This document shows positions 17,980-28,605 of a DNA stretch of 64,000 nt, piece by piece. Positions within the stretch are counted from its first letter, which is position 1. Every line of letters starts with the position of its first letter. This DNA is from a virus. A program made the translations under genes and the position numbers. Where the stretch lies: the IMG/VR virus record IMGVR_UViG_3300022902_000006, one strand, 5' to 3'. The notes beneath the pieces are model-generated. The model did not search any database. It saw nothing but the letters and a program-made list of their open reading frames with translations, and had not been told where the DNA came from.

Positions 17980-18540
17980 ATGACCCACATCGGAAAGATT
18001 CTGACCAAGGCACGCCCCACCATCCAACACTTCCGCGCACACATCCTCCTGGTGTGCCTCGCAGCCATGCTCGTCGCTTGCCCCGCTGGGATGTCCGTCT
18101 ATGACCACATGCGCAACGTGCTCAGCTACCAGGATGTGGGCACCGCGTTCTCCGACGCCATCGTGAAGCGTTGGATGTCCAAGCAGACCGACGAGGCCAA
18201 GAAAGCCGAGGTCCAGGCCAAGTACGACAAGATCAAGCTGAGCACCCTCAAGGGCATCGCCGCCCTGGAGGCGACCATCGATACCGCTGAGAACGCCGGG
18301 ACCGGAGGTGACCCCAAGAAGCTGCGCGAGGACGTCAAGAAGCTCGTGGCCAAGCTCCTGGACTTCGGCCTGTCGCTGGAGAGCGCCATCACGCCCGTGG
18401 ACCCACTGCCTGCGACCCCTGCGCCCGACACTGCCACACCTGCATCTGCGCCGAACAGCAACTACCTGGACGTGGTGCGCGAACGTAACCGGATCCTGGC
18501 CAGGATCGACGCGGACTTCGAGCGCCGGTTCAACTTGTAG
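17980..18540 (+). CDS. putative lipoprotein (helical)
   Basis: Signal-like ILLVCLAAMLVAC; strong C3 codon bias. Confidence 0.65.
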   Translation: MTHIGKILTKARPTIQHFRAHILLVCLAAMLVACPAGMSVYDHMRNVLSYQDVGTAFSDAIVKRWMSKQTDEAKKAEVQAKYDKIKLSTLKGIAALEATIDTAENAGTGGDPKKLREDVKKLVAKLLDFGLSLESAITPVDPLPATPAPDTATPASAPNSNYLDVVRERNRILARIDADFERRFNL

Positions 18541-18569
18541 CGCCCGCACGCCCCGCCTATAATGCTGGC

Positions 18570-19184
18570 ATGTACACTGCTGGCCACCACCACGCCCTCA
18601 CACAACTCGGTCTCGAAAAAAGCGCCGGGCTCGCCGACACCATCCAAGCAGGGAAGACCTTCCTTGCGGGATTCAAGGATAAGGCACGCGCCGCGTCAGA
18701 TGCTTTGAGCACAGGCACAGCCACTACGCTCCCCGGCGTAAGGCGAGGTGCTGTACCCACCCCTGTGGGACACAACCCACAACAGACAGCAGACGCCCTC
18801 CACCGTGCGAGCGCTTCGGGGTACCCTATCGCTCACCGTGCGCATAAAGGCGTGATGCTGCCCTTCCACCCCACCGATAACCTGGTGTACATGAATGGGC
18901 GTTGGGTCAACCCAGATGAAGGGCTCGCCGCGTTCCGCAAAATAAACGTACGTGAGGGGCTACGGCACTCAGCACAAGCACCTCACCCCGTATCCCGGCC
19001 CATGGGTCCCGTGACATCCAGCGCACCCCCACAAGCAACCACGATGGGGGAGAACGGGCTATCCATGACAGGAGCCATCACGCCGAAAGCAGAGAACATG
19101 CTCCTGCGTGACATCGAGCTGGCACGACTAGGGGCTGCTGCAAAGATGGGGTCGTACAACGCACTCGCTGCTCTGGGGTTCTAA
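18570..19184 (+). CDS. putative virion protein with ALxxLG motifs
   Basis: GHHHALTQLGLEKSA and NALAALGF, like the 0.7-4.9 kb genes. Confidence 0.65.
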   Translation: MYTAGHHHALTQLGLEKSAGLADTIQAGKTFLAGFKDKARAASDALSTGTATTLPGVRRGAVPTPVGHNPQQTADALHRASASGYPIAHRAHKGVMLPFHPTDNLVYMNGRWVNPDEGLAAFRKINVREGLRHSAQAPHPVSRPMGPVTSSAPPQATTMGENGLSMTGAITPKAENMLLRDIELARLGAAAKMGSYNALAALGF

Positions 19185-19192
19185 GCCACCAC

Positions 19193-19441
19193 GTGGAACT
19201 AACCCGCTGCGACGATAAAAACTTCGGCCCGTCGTCCGCACCTGTGGGTACCTGGATACCATGGACCCATGGAAGCACCTACCTCAAGACCGCCGCTCTA
19301 CGTTGTCCCACGTGTGGCCACATCTTCTGCCTCGCGGAACACACCATGGATGAGGACGGCGCCGTATCCCCTTCCGTGGTGTGTCCCCGTAAATGTGGCT
19401 TTCACGTGTTCATGTGCTTGGTGGGGTGGTCTCCTACCTGA
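19193..19441 (+). CDS. small zinc-finger protein
   Basis: CPTCG...H...SVVCP..CGFH. Confidence 0.6.
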   Translation: MELTRCDDKNFGPSSAPVGTWIPWTHGSTYLKTAALRCPTCGHIFCLAEHTMDEDGAVSPSVVCPRKCGFHVFMCLVGWSPT

Positions 19442-19733
19442 GTGCGTCCAGCGCAGCCTGCTGTCTTGCCAACTCCACCTCGCGATCATGCTCCGCATCC
19501 CGCAACATCGCCCCCAGGGCCTCCAACACCACCCGAAACTGATCCGGGGTGCACACCAGCACCGTCGTCGCGCACTGCACCGTGTAACCACCTGGGCACG
19601 CTTCGAAGCACGCCTCCGTCCCACACTCGAACTCCACCTGCATGGACGTAGCGTTCCCGCTGTGCTTGAACCCGACAGCGGTTGACTTCTTCACCGCCGC
19701 CCGTAGTTTTGCCATGGTAGGGCCATCAGGCAC
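19434..19733 (-). CDS. hypothetical protein
   Basis: ORF in operon. Confidence 0.6.
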   Translation of the reverse strand: MPDGPTMAKLRAAVKKSTAVGFKHSGNATSMQVEFECGTEACFEACPGGYTVQCATTVLVCTPDQFRVVLEALGAMLRDAEHDREVELARQQAALDALR

Positions 19734-20598
19734 ACTGCACCTCCTTCTGAAGTATCGCCTCTTGCTCTTTGTCCTGCTGCTGCTCCAGCTTCATGTCGAA
19801 CACCGCGCGCATCCTCTCAGCGTCCGCATACCGCCGCTCCTTCGCAGCCTGCAGCATCAGCGTCTCCAGGCGCTTCATGCGTGCACCCTCAGAGATGTGG
19901 CGTCCTCGGAGACCACCCTCGGGTACCGTATGACGTAACTCGTGACTCCCGATGTTGTTGAGGCCGTGCGTGCCCACCTTGACCCACCACATGTTGTTGA
20001 TGTTGTGCTCAGCGATACCAACGCCCCAGCGCTTGTCCCAACCCAGGAAGAAAACACGCTCCCCGTTGCGAATCACCCCATCTTGCCCTTTGCTGTTGTA
20101 CGGGGAAATCTCCGCATTGTTGTAGACGCTACGCCCACGCCCAAAGGTCTCGTGCTCCGCTCTATAGTCCAGGAACTCATCCACGGTAGCGTCGAGGGCG
20201 CCGTACTTCGGTTTGGAGTCTTTGTACGTGTACTCAGTGTTTTCACGACACCACGCCACGAACTGTTGTATTTCGTACTTCACGCGCACCTTCAACAGAT
20301 ACGGCATCTTGCGCAACTTGTCGTGCTCGTACTTCCCACCGCTGGGGTGTTTGCAATGCCGGTGTCCGTTACGCAAGCAACGATGGTGCTTCAGGATGTT
20401 CTTATCCTGCCGCACAGACCACCCGCGTCGCCGCAGCAAGCGAATAATGGGGTGCAGAATATCGTACTCGAACCCCTTGTCGTACTGCGGCCAATTCGCC
20501 TGCATCTCCTCCCGCGTGGGCTCCTCCCACACATGAAACGACGCATACTCCATGAACACCCGCACCTCACCCGGGGGACGCTGCGCCAGGGCCTTCAC
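19726..20598 (-). CDS. hypothetical phage protein
   Basis: 290-aa ORF; GIAEHNINNMWWV motif. Confidence 0.7.
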   Translation of the reverse strand: MKALAQRPPGEVRVFMEYASFHVWEEPTREEMQANWPQYDKGFEYDILHPIIRLLRRRGWSVRQDKNILKHHRCLRNGHRHCKHPSGGKYEHDKLRKMPYLLKVRVKYEIQQFVAWCRENTEYTYKDSKPKYGALDATVDEFLDYRAEHETFGRGRSVYNNAEISPYNSKGQDGVIRNGERVFFLGWDKRWGVGIAEHNINNMWWVKVGTHGLNNIGSHELRHTVPEGGLRGRHISEGARMKRLETLMLQAAKERRYADAERMRAVFDMKLEQQQDKEQEAILQKEVQCA

Positions 20599-20996
20599 TT
20601 CTTCACCTCTGGCATCGCATCCTCTGGCACGCGCTCACCGTCTGCGACCTTCACCTCGTAATCCTTCATCTGGTGCCCGCCGCCTGTCTTCTTATGGCCC
20701 AGCCACTTAACGATCATCGGGTCTCCAACCTGTGCTGGCGACACATCCACAAGCTGCACCAGCTTCATCCCTGTGAGCATGTACGAACCACCCTGGGGCA
20801 CGTGCAGAATGATGACCGTGTACTCGCCGAAGGTGCCGTTCTGTACCGTCTGGCCACCGTAGTAGCCCACCAGCTCGTCGCCCTCTTCAGGGTCCCAACG
20901 CTGGGCCTTGGTAACCTTCTTCCAGTTGTAGCGTGCTCGCAGCTCCTCGGCTGCGGTCTGTGCAGGGATGTCAGGGAGCGGAGCTGGATCAGCCAT
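20595..20996 (-). CDS. possible OB-fold/ssDNA-binding protein
   Basis: W.PEEGDEL.GYY...G.F......LTG...L.....A.VGD...VKWLG.KKT pattern. Confidence 0.4.
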   Translation of the reverse strand: MADPAPLPDIPAQTAAEELRARYNWKKVTKAQRWDPEEGDELVGYYGGQTVQNGTFGEYTVIILHVPQGGSYMLTGMKLVQLVDVSPAQVGDPMIVKWLGHKKTGGGHQMKDYEVKVADGERVPEDAMPEVKK

Positions 20997-21276
20997 CAGC
21001 GGGTTCCTCCTCCTTGGTCGTGTCGATGTCCAACTTGCGCTCCTCGTCGAATGTCATGTTATCGAGATTCAGCGCCCTGCAACTACTCGGCTCCCACGGC
21101 TCACCATCGGTGACCGTCAGGTCCAGGTTCTCCCGCTTGTCGGGGTCCTCCAACACATCCTGCACTGCGTTCTCCGCCAGCGTGTGCGCCTGTTTTAGGT
21201 CAGGCGCATCCACGCGCACAGTAACCGTGGTCCGTACGAGTGCTTCGAGTTCGACCTCTACGTCGATGATTGGCAT
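20989..21276 (-). CDS. small acidic hypothetical protein
   Basis: ORF in operon. Confidence 0.6.
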   Translation of the reverse strand: MPIIDVEVELEALVRTTVTVRVDAPDLKQAHTLAENAVQDVLEDPDKRENLDLTVTDGEPWEPSSCRALNLDNMTFDEERKLDIDTTKEEEPADG

Positions 21277-22113
21277 TTATTGATCTCCCTCACCCCAGAA
21301 TTCACCCACAACACGATCCATATCCTCCAGTACACAAGAAGAGAACCACTCCCCGTGCAAACGGAACGCGTCAAAAATGGTATGTAAGTATCGCTCCAGT
21401 GCTTTAGGTCCCGTGTACTGTTTGACCACCGTAAGTTCTACAGAGCTATGCGTCCGCAACGTCGACAGGCGCTTCTTGAGTTGTGTCGTGTACCCAATCT
21501 TAACATTGCCCACTTCTGAAGCCTGGACGACGTAAATTGTTTGTGTATCCGCAGAGTTCTCAGGGAAGCCGAAACACAACAAGTGGTTACACACCCGCTG
21601 ATGAAAACGCTCCCCCTTCCCAAAGGCTTTCAAAATATCCAAAAGCAGTTCTTTAATGAAGTGTACGCCCGAAGCCTCTATGACATCCAATGTCACACAG
21701 GTCCCATGATCAGAGGTACATCTCACATGGCTAACGCGCCCGGTGGCCAGGTGAATAATGGCACTATCCAATTCCGTGAGTTCAATGACGTCGTTGCACA
21801 CATCACAACCCACACGTAGTGACCTGCGCATTGGATACTTAGTCCAGTATTCCAGCCACGCCTTCTGTAACGCGTCCACAACTTGCTCGGATTGTTGTGA
21901 CTTCCGCCGTACGTACTTATACCAATCCCAGTAACTCCACCCCCAACACGCACCTTCCTCCACAGCAGCGTCACGCTGCGCATCACTCGCCAAATCTCCG
22001 ACAACATCATCACGCGTCAGACTACCTAGCAACCACGGAAGGAAGGAGCCACCTTCGGCCTTAGCGCGCACCCTGGCGTTACGTAGTGCGGTCTTACTAC
22101 GGCAAGTACCCAA
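21277..22113 (-). CDS. YozE-like SAM domain fused to GIY-YIG (T5orf172-type) domain
   Basis: N-term FLPWL...DDVVGDLASDA...AWLEY; C-term IYVVQ...VKIGYT...RL..L...E..LH..F...RLHGEWF. Confidence 0.7.
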   Translation of the reverse strand: MGTCRSKTALRNARVRAKAEGGSFLPWLLGSLTRDDVVGDLASDAQRDAAVEEGACWGWSYWDWYKYVRRKSQQSEQVVDALQKAWLEYWTKYPMRRSLRVGCDVCNDVIELTELDSAIIHLATGRVSHVRCTSDHGTCVTLDVIEASGVHFIKELLLDILKAFGKGERFHQRVCNHLLCFGFPENSADTQTIYVVQASEVGNVKIGYTTQLKKRLSTLRTHSSVELTVVKQYTGPKALERYLHTIFDAFRLHGEWFSSCVLEDMDRVVGEFWGEGDQ

Positions 22114-22552
22114 GCAACCGTCCGATGCCCCGCGCCATCGCGTTGGAGGGCTCCTTGATGTCGTGCATCATCGTCCTGTTGTACATGTACATGGCGAGGT
22201 CTTCCCAGAAGTCCAGGCCACTATGCATCGAGACCACGCTGTCTGCGTCCACGCCGAGCATCGACCCGATGAACAGCTTCTCAGCGTCTTCCATGGGGCC
22301 GTAGTAGGTCTGGTCCCCGGAGTCGAACAGTTCAACCTCTTGCACTTGTATGTCCGCGATATCTGCGGGCAAATAGCTGCTCGCGTCCATAGCTGTGCGT
22401 AGCGTACTCGCGTCCATGGTACTGGGGCCGTCCTTGATGAGAAACTCAACAACGAAGCGGCGGCGTACCGATTTACCGCGTAAAGGCAGTGCTGCAGTAC
22501 GGAACGGAGGACTCAGCGGGGCACTTTCTGGTTCATCGAGGATGCTACCCAT
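22097..22552 (-). CDS. hypothetical protein
   Basis: TGATG overlap. Confidence 0.6.
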   Translation of the reverse strand: MGSILDEPESAPLSPPFRTAALPLRGKSVRRRFVVEFLIKDGPSTMDASTLRTAMDASSYLPADIADIQVQEVELFDSGDQTYYGPMEDAEKLFIGSMLGVDADSVVSMHSGLDFWEDLAMYMYNRTMMHDIKEPSNAMARGIGRLLGYLP

Positions 22553-23940
22553 CAGCGTTTCTCCTTGACAAGACGGGGAAGAAGCTCCCCATACATTCGT
22601 GCTCGGAACTCTTTGCGCACCACCTCCGACTCGTTCAGGATCGCCTGGTGGATGCTCCCGTCGAAGCAAGCATCAATGGCTCTGCGCGCCAGGCTGCGAA
22701 GCACTTGGGGGTCCAGAGCATCAAGCTCCCAGGCGTCGTTCCCAGCCCAACCGTGGTCCCGCACGTACTTCGCATGGCGCGTCGACGTCGGCTTCGCCCA
22801 GAAGGGCGGAGGGCTGTACTGCTGGATCTGGTTCTTGTTAAGCGCCATACGCTCCACCGTGAAGGGCACGATGACGCCCTCGCGAACCTGGATAATCTTG
22901 AGGCGCCGCTCCAGGTCCAGAGGGATCTCCATCCCATCGGGGTCATGGTCGCCGAAGTACAGAATCTTGATCTCTTGATTGCTACCCTCGTGCCACTCCA
23001 GCCCTGTCAGCTTGCCGTATCCGTACCGCTTGATGCCACCGTGAGTACCCTCTTCGCGTGAGTCAACAGGGATGTCGTCCTCATCCTCTTCGGCCCAGTC
23101 CACGTAGTTCTCTAACTGGTCAATCGCGTCCTCGTGGTTGACCAACAACCGCGCCAACCCCTTGGGTGTTGTGGGGTCATGCTCCTGCGCCTCACTGAAA
23201 CCCAGCGAGAAGAGATCATTTTGATCCTGTATTGAACTGTTCATCACCGACGCCATCATCAGGTGGAGCTGATGCAAGATGGACACCGAGGGATAGCCCT
23301 TCGTCGCCAACCAGGACACACCGAGCTTCTGGCACGGAGGGCCGAAGACATTGGATAACGCCTCTTTCTCGAACAGCACGAAGGGGATGATGGGCTGGCG
23401 AAACCAGCGACTCACCTGCACGAAGAACTGATCCAGCTTGGGAATCCAGTCCCCGGCTGACTCCAACGCACGCTCTTGATTCAGGTCGAAGCGCATCACG
23501 TCTCCGTAATGCAGCGTGCGGGATGCATCGGACAACAGTTCGAGAGGGAAGTCCCCTTTGATCCTCGCCGCCGACAAGGTGTTCTTGACCCGGTTGTACT
23601 CCGCCTGCCCCGAAGGGATGTATCCACGACTGACGAGCTGGTAATACATGCCCCTGACGGTAAGGCTCATACCGTCCTGCTGGTACTTCAGAGCGATGCT
23701 GTTGCACACATCCAAGAGCTGCTGCTTCGTGAGGTATGTGACGCCTTTGAGCCTGGCCCGGAACTGCGGCGTCATCTTGTTAACTGCGCACTCTTCGAAA
23801 GGGGGTGTGTCCTTGCCGTCGACAGCACGAGCCTTGGCAGCACGCGCATACGCCTCCAACAACGCCTCCTCACCCTTCTTGCCCTTGACCTCGATGTTCC
23901 ATGCTTCCCCATCAGGAAAGCGCACGTGGAATTTGGGCAT
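22552..23940 (-). CDS. Topoisomerase VI subunit A/JetD-like winged-helix + TOPRIM protein
   Basis: LTVRGMYYQLV, FEKEAL, TKGYPS, ILYFGDHDPDG, WELDAL. Confidence 0.8.
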   Translation of the reverse strand: MPKFHVRFPDGEAWNIEVKGKKGEEALLEAYARAAKARAVDGKDTPPFEECAVNKMTPQFRARLKGVTYLTKQQLLDVCNSIALKYQQDGMSLTVRGMYYQLVSRGYIPSGQAEYNRVKNTLSAARIKGDFPLELLSDASRTLHYGDVMRFDLNQERALESAGDWIPKLDQFFVQVSRWFRQPIIPFVLFEKEALSNVFGPPCQKLGVSWLATKGYPSVSILHQLHLMMASVMNSSIQDQNDLFSLGFSEAQEHDPTTPKGLARLLVNHEDAIDQLENYVDWAEEDEDDIPVDSREEGTHGGIKRYGYGKLTGLEWHEGSNQEIKILYFGDHDPDGMEIPLDLERRLKIIQVREGVIVPFTVERMALNKNQIQQYSPPPFWAKPTSTRHAKYVRDHGWAGNDAWELDALDPQVLRSLARRAIDACFDGSIHQAILNESEVVRKEFRARMYGELLPRLVKEKR

Positions 23941-24212
23941 CAGTCTCGGAACGCCTCGGGGCAGCTTTCCTGCATCCGCTCCAGCATGAACTGCGCCGAC
24001 GGGCAGTTGCCCACCCCTGCACGGGTCTCCAAACTCTTACGAAGCATCAAGACCGCCGCACCGTAGCTATTGCCTTGAGCTTCAGCCAAGACACCCAGCG
24101 ACAGCCTCAAATCTTGCGTCGGGCTATCTGTACCCCGCACCATCCATTGCACTGGCATGAACACGCCACCCACGACGTCGAACGCCGCGAGCAAATAAGC
24201 TGTGTGATCCAC
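23940..24212 (-). CDS. hypothetical protein
   Basis: GGAGG RBS, GTG start. Confidence 0.6.
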   Translation of the reverse strand: MDHTAYLLAAFDVVGGVFMPVQWMVRGTDSPTQDLRLSLGVLAEAQGNSYGAAVLMLRKSLETRAGVGNCPSAQFMLERMQESCPEAFRD

Positions 24213-24310
24213 ACTTCCTCCTTGGGCAAAAAAAGAGATAAATGAAACCCACTACTAAGCTAGTAGGGGCCTCTGTGTTTTCTTATACCTGATATGTATT
24301 GGGATTTCGG

Positions 24311-24385
24311 TCGGGGTGAGAGGATTTGAACCTCCGACATCCTGCTCCCAAAGCAGGCGCGCTGACCAGACTGCGCTACACCCCG
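24311..24385 (-). tRNA. tRNA-Pro (TGG)
   Basis: CGGGGTG/CACCCCG acceptor, loop TT-TGG-GA, canonical T-arm. Confidence 0.95.
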
Positions 24386-24622
24386 TGAACCGCAGAATAG
24401 AGCCCTCTACAGCCCACTGTCAAACCTTCGTGATGTACCGCTCGCCGAGCCACACTTTGCATATACCACAGGGGCAAGGCTTCCCGAAGCGGTCTGCGGC
24501 CAGATGTGCAGCGTGGTCCACGACCCAGTCAACAACCTGGAAGATGCGCCACAAAGGGAACAGCGTCCCGTAGGTACAGAACGCCCCACCTCGGAGCTTG
24601 AAGTATCTGGGTCCGCGTAGCT

Positions 24623-25102
24623 TCATATCATCTCACTCTCGAAGTATCGCACGTCGAACTCGTAACGTGAACACACATGTGGAAAGAGGCGCTGCGCCGT
24701 ACGCCACATCGTCAGGAAGTCATGCCTGCCCCGCATCATGAATCCGCTGTTACAACCCCCACGCCCATCCACGGAACGGTCCCAGAAGGAGATGAGCGTC
24801 CAGTGCTTCTTCGACGAGTACGTAACACGCACCAGGCCCTCTGTCTGAATCCGTGACCGCTCTGCACGGCGACCACGCACCCGAGAACCAGGGCAGTGGC
24901 CCCCATCCAACCGAGGGAACGCCTCCCACATCTCTTTGCCCACACCGTCGCCCATCGACGGCGAATTCATGAACTGGTCCCACAAGTAGTGACCCGCGCT
25001 CTCGATGCACCCGAAGTAGTACATCACTCTGCGCTCGTCCATCGCTATCTGCGCTGCCCCGGGAACCGCGCGCTTACCCCGCTCCACCTCACCAAGACGC
25101 AC
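24623..25102 (-). CDS. hypothetical phage protein
   Basis: YYFGC...GHY...LDG...WT..SFWDRSVD.R.GCNS pattern. Confidence 0.65.
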   Translation of the reverse strand: MRLGEVERGKRAVPGAAQIAMDERRVMYYFGCIESAGHYLWDQFMNSPSMGDGVGKEMWEAFPRLDGGHCPGSRVRGRRAERSRIQTEGLVRVTYSSKKHWTLISFWDRSVDGRGGCNSGFMMRGRHDFLTMWRTAQRLFPHVCSRYEFDVRYFESEMI

Positions 25103-25192
25103 CGCGCTCGCCTACAGCGCAGCAGCGAAGTCACGCAGCGACAGGTTGTACTTCACGCGCAGGGCACGCAGCTCGTGGCCGAAGGGCATCGA

Positions 25193-25381
25193 TCAGTCTT
25201 CCTCAGACTCAGCCAACGCCTCCTCTTCCTGCGCGGCCAGGTCCTCTTCCCCCGCCGCAAGCGCATCCGCGATGCGCCCCTGAATGATCTTCAAACCATC
25301 GCAATACTCCTGAAGGGAACACTTCACCTTCGTAGCAGCCTGCGCCGCCTCTTCACCGATTGCTTCGAATTTCTCATCCAT
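25193..25381 (-). CDS. small acidic helical protein
   Basis: GAGAGAG RBS. Confidence 0.55.
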   Translation of the reverse strand: MDEKFEAIGEEAAQAATKVKCSLQEYCDGLKIIQGRIADALAAGEEDLAAQEEEALAESEED

Positions 25382-26022
25382 CAGCTCTCTCCTCCTATCG
25401 CCATTAGCATTCGATACAGTGTATCTGCTTCTGAAAGCACCAGCGCACGTTTGTAGTTGGGGTACCAGGATTCCGAAGTCTGCTTCTGGTTCCACTGTTC
25501 GAGGAAGGCGTGCAGCTCCATCTCATCTGTCAGGTACGCGCCCTCCCAATGGTCATCGAGCGCCTCTTCCCGGCATCGGTCGAAGTCCACTGAAGGGCTC
25601 TCCGACGTACACGTCCACACGTACCCAGGAACGTCCCGTCCGTCGTCGTTGCACACCTCAAGAAGTAGCCCCACGTTCTCAAAGAACCCCTCGTTCCAAT
25701 TGGACAACGCCTCACAATACACCGGGCCGCTCCACTCGTGGACCTTGTCGGCTACCATGAAGCGCTCCACCTCTCGCGCTGCATTGCGGTCGTGCGTCGA
25801 ATCTGCGAAGCACTGTGGGCATAAGCACTGGTGTGCTCGATCATGTTCCGCACCACAGGTATCACACACCCAGGGGCCACAATGGCCCTCTGCGTGCTCC
25901 CGTGCCCCGTCATCACCACTATTCTTAACCGACCCAACGACGCTGCCACACCCGCCACACGCGTACGCGATGACCTTGTCTGTACCTTGCTTCGTCAGCG
26001 CTATCGGGGGCGCCTTATCCAT
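25381..26022 (-). CDS. zinc-finger hypothetical protein
   Basis: CGGCG, CDTCG, CPQC. Confidence 0.65.
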   Translation of the reverse strand: MDKAPPIALTKQGTDKVIAYACGGCGSVVGSVKNSGDDGAREHAEGHCGPWVCDTCGAEHDRAHQCLCPQCFADSTHDRNAAREVERFMVADKVHEWSGPVYCEALSNWNEGFFENVGLLLEVCNDDGRDVPGYVWTCTSESPSVDFDRCREEALDDHWEGAYLTDEMELHAFLEQWNQKQTSESWYPNYKRALVLSEADTLYRMLMAIGGES

Positions 26023-26421
26023 CGAGGACCCACCGTAGCAGCGTTCCCTTCTCGATGTCCTCCACGCTCGCCGGACGGTGTGCCCCGCCGTCCAGAACGA
26101 CAGCCACCAACGGCACTGAAACGGTGCACCCAGGAGTGGGGCACTTCCTTCTCGCGTACAGCGGTGACTCCTGCACAAACTCCAACGCCACGTTACATTT
26201 CCCGCAGTTCATCTTCGCTCCCTCTGTTGGGTGCGTCCCACCCGATAGCTTTGCTCGCCGCTACGTGACCACCCTGACCCACCTCTCGCTTCTTCGTACC
26301 CATCACTTTTATGTAGTGCTGTCCCGTTTCCCCCTGGAACACCGGGTCCCCAAGAGGGGCGAACCGCCACCGTCGCAGAAGATCTTCGTAGCTCGCTGCG
26401 TCGATCCATGCTTTGTCGCTC

Positions 26422-27134
26422 TCACTCATCACGACTCTCCATGTCCAACCCCTTAGCCTCAAACACATCGTACAGTGCGTCGTGCAGCGCCTTAGCCTCG
26501 GGGGATACATCGCTATTCATCGGCGTGTGCTCCAGGATCTCCATGAGCAGAGCCTGGTCCTTCTCATCGATGGCGTCGACGACATCGAGCAGCTTCTTCT
26601 TCACCTCGGGCTCAGGCATCTCAACTTCCTCTGGTTCGGGTTCAGGTTCGGGTGGTGGAGGTGGGAGCGGGGGCTCAGGTTCCGACTCTATTGCAAACTC
26701 TTCCAAGAGAGCGATGGCACCTTTCAACTTCAACAACGCACGCACCTCCACTTGCCGTATGCGCTCCCTGGTCAAGTTGAGGATCTCCCCTACTTCCTCA
26801 AGTGTAAGACCCTCCCCATCAACACCACCTGCAACAACCAGAACACAAGTGTGCGCCATTTCATGGACTTCCAGATGTGGGAAGTTCAGCTTGAGGGAGC
26901 CGGTATTGGGATTCACGTCCGTGTAGATGTGGTATTTGCACGAGACATAAGGGCACGGTCCCGTCTTGTCACACTCGCCCCACGTACGCGGTTTACGCGG
27001 TAAATTAAAAGCACTGAGTGCAGCACCCTCCAGTAGCTCTGCACGTGATAGCTTTTTTGCGGCAAGGTCTTAGCGCGTGGCCCCCGCGTCTCACGACGAT
27101 GCTGCCGTGTAGGGTGTTTGCGTTCGCTATCCAC
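26422..27134 (-). CDS. sigma70 region-4 HTH protein, frame broken near 27053-27066
   Basis: [29 protein letters not shown]; its frame extends up through [21 protein letters not shown] to a TAA, and the GTG start at 27134 is in another frame. Confidence 0.75.
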
Positions 27135-27546
27135 CGCGCGCCTTCACCTTTCCCGGAGGTGTGTACTGCGCCTCAAGTGCCCTCTTATCCGCCGCACTCA
27201 GCTCCAACGTACGCCCTTTGCCGTGTGCACATTTGTACACCTTCTTGGCAGGTTTCTTCGCTGCATTCTTCGCTGCCTTCTTGGCGCGCTTCTTCTTCTT
27301 GGGGGGCTTCCGTTTCACCTTCTTCGCGTAGCGCTCCTTGTGTTCCTTCAACAACATGAGCCACCCTTGTCGTTCATCGCCCTCGGAAGCCATCACATTC
27401 CAGTGCAGTATGGTCCCGACGCGGTCGTGCCACGCCAAGTCGAAGTCACAAGACTTGCACCAGGCAAACCACTTATTGGTGTTGCTATCCATGATCTCAG
27501 GCTTATGCCTGCAGATAGGACACGGCTTGATGATGGGTGGTGGCAT
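27127..27546 (-). CDS. Lar-like zinc-finger protein with Lys-rich tail
   Basis: KPCPIC...CKSC...WN; KKPAKK repeats. Confidence 0.5.
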   Translation of the reverse strand: MPPPIIKPCPICRHKPEIMDSNTNKWFAWCKSCDFDLAWHDRVGTILHWNVMASEGDERQGWLMLLKEHKERYAKKVKRKPPKKKKRAKKAAKNAAKKPAKKVYKCAHGKGRTLELSAADKRALEAQYTPPGKVKARGG

Positions 27547-28605
27547 CAGCGCGGGAACAGACGCATCGGCACGGAGCGCAGCACGGCGTCGCCGCCGTGA
27601 CCATATTCCTCCATGACCCCATTCTTGTAGTCCATGCAGATCAGGTCACACTTGTCACCCGCCTTGAACGCGCCGAAGTCGACCTTGAAAATCACGTCGG
27701 CGTACTGGAAGCACTGCTCGTCAACTTCTTCGACATCGTTGTGGGATGTGTGCTCGAAAATCTCGTCAACCATCTTTGGACTCCTTGGCCATATTCTCTG
27801 TAGTGGTGTCCGTCCCCCAATCCCGAGAACCGCAACACGAGCACCGTGGCAGAGGCACCGGCTCTGGTTCTTCCTTCACCGAATGTATTTTCCAAGTGCG
27901 CGGACCAATTTTCTCAAACCAGACCGGCATCCCCGGTGCTATAGCCCTGCTCATGGTTTCTCCGTGTCCGCAGTGGTTGATTATGGCATGTCCATGGGCC
28001 AAATCAGCCGCCCAAAAATGTGACGTTCCGCCTCGGACACAATGTTGGCGATCTTTTCGTCTCCCTGATCCCGCCCTTCCTCAACAGGATCAATGTCCAC
28101 ATAGATTTTATCCGGCGGCGGGGGAGGTGCATGCCGTCTCATTGTGGCCAAGACTTTCCTGGTACTCCAGAACACAATCGGCGCGGCCTCTTTGCACCAC
28201 GGCGAACAGTGGTGAAGGAGGGGGGTCAATCTCGCTGTACCTGATCGCTTTTCCGCACGCCAGGCAGTCCCTCTTTTTATACATGCCGCTTGCCGCTCCC
28301 TGTTGATTGCAGCACGGCAGACGGTCGCATCATGCTTACGTGATCCACTCCATCCTCTGCGTCACCCAGACACGGGGACTTGTCTTTGCCTGTCAGTAAC
28401 GACGTAGCTGCATCATACCCCGCCTTGTACAACACAAACGTCTTCTTCGATTGACACCCGCCGCACGTCACCTCTGCGGGGTCCTTGCTCACCCGCAACG
28501 CGGAACGTGTGTACCCGGGATGTGGTCCGCGCCCCGGGATCTTGCCACCGCACGCACTCTTCTTCGCACCATAATCGAGGTGTACCTTCTCACTTGAGGA
28601 CATCG
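27546..28605 (-). other. run of about four short hypothetical CDS (27546-27773, 27766-28002, 27981-28229, 28277-~28605)
   Basis: Overlapping start/stop junctions. Confidence 0.5.
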
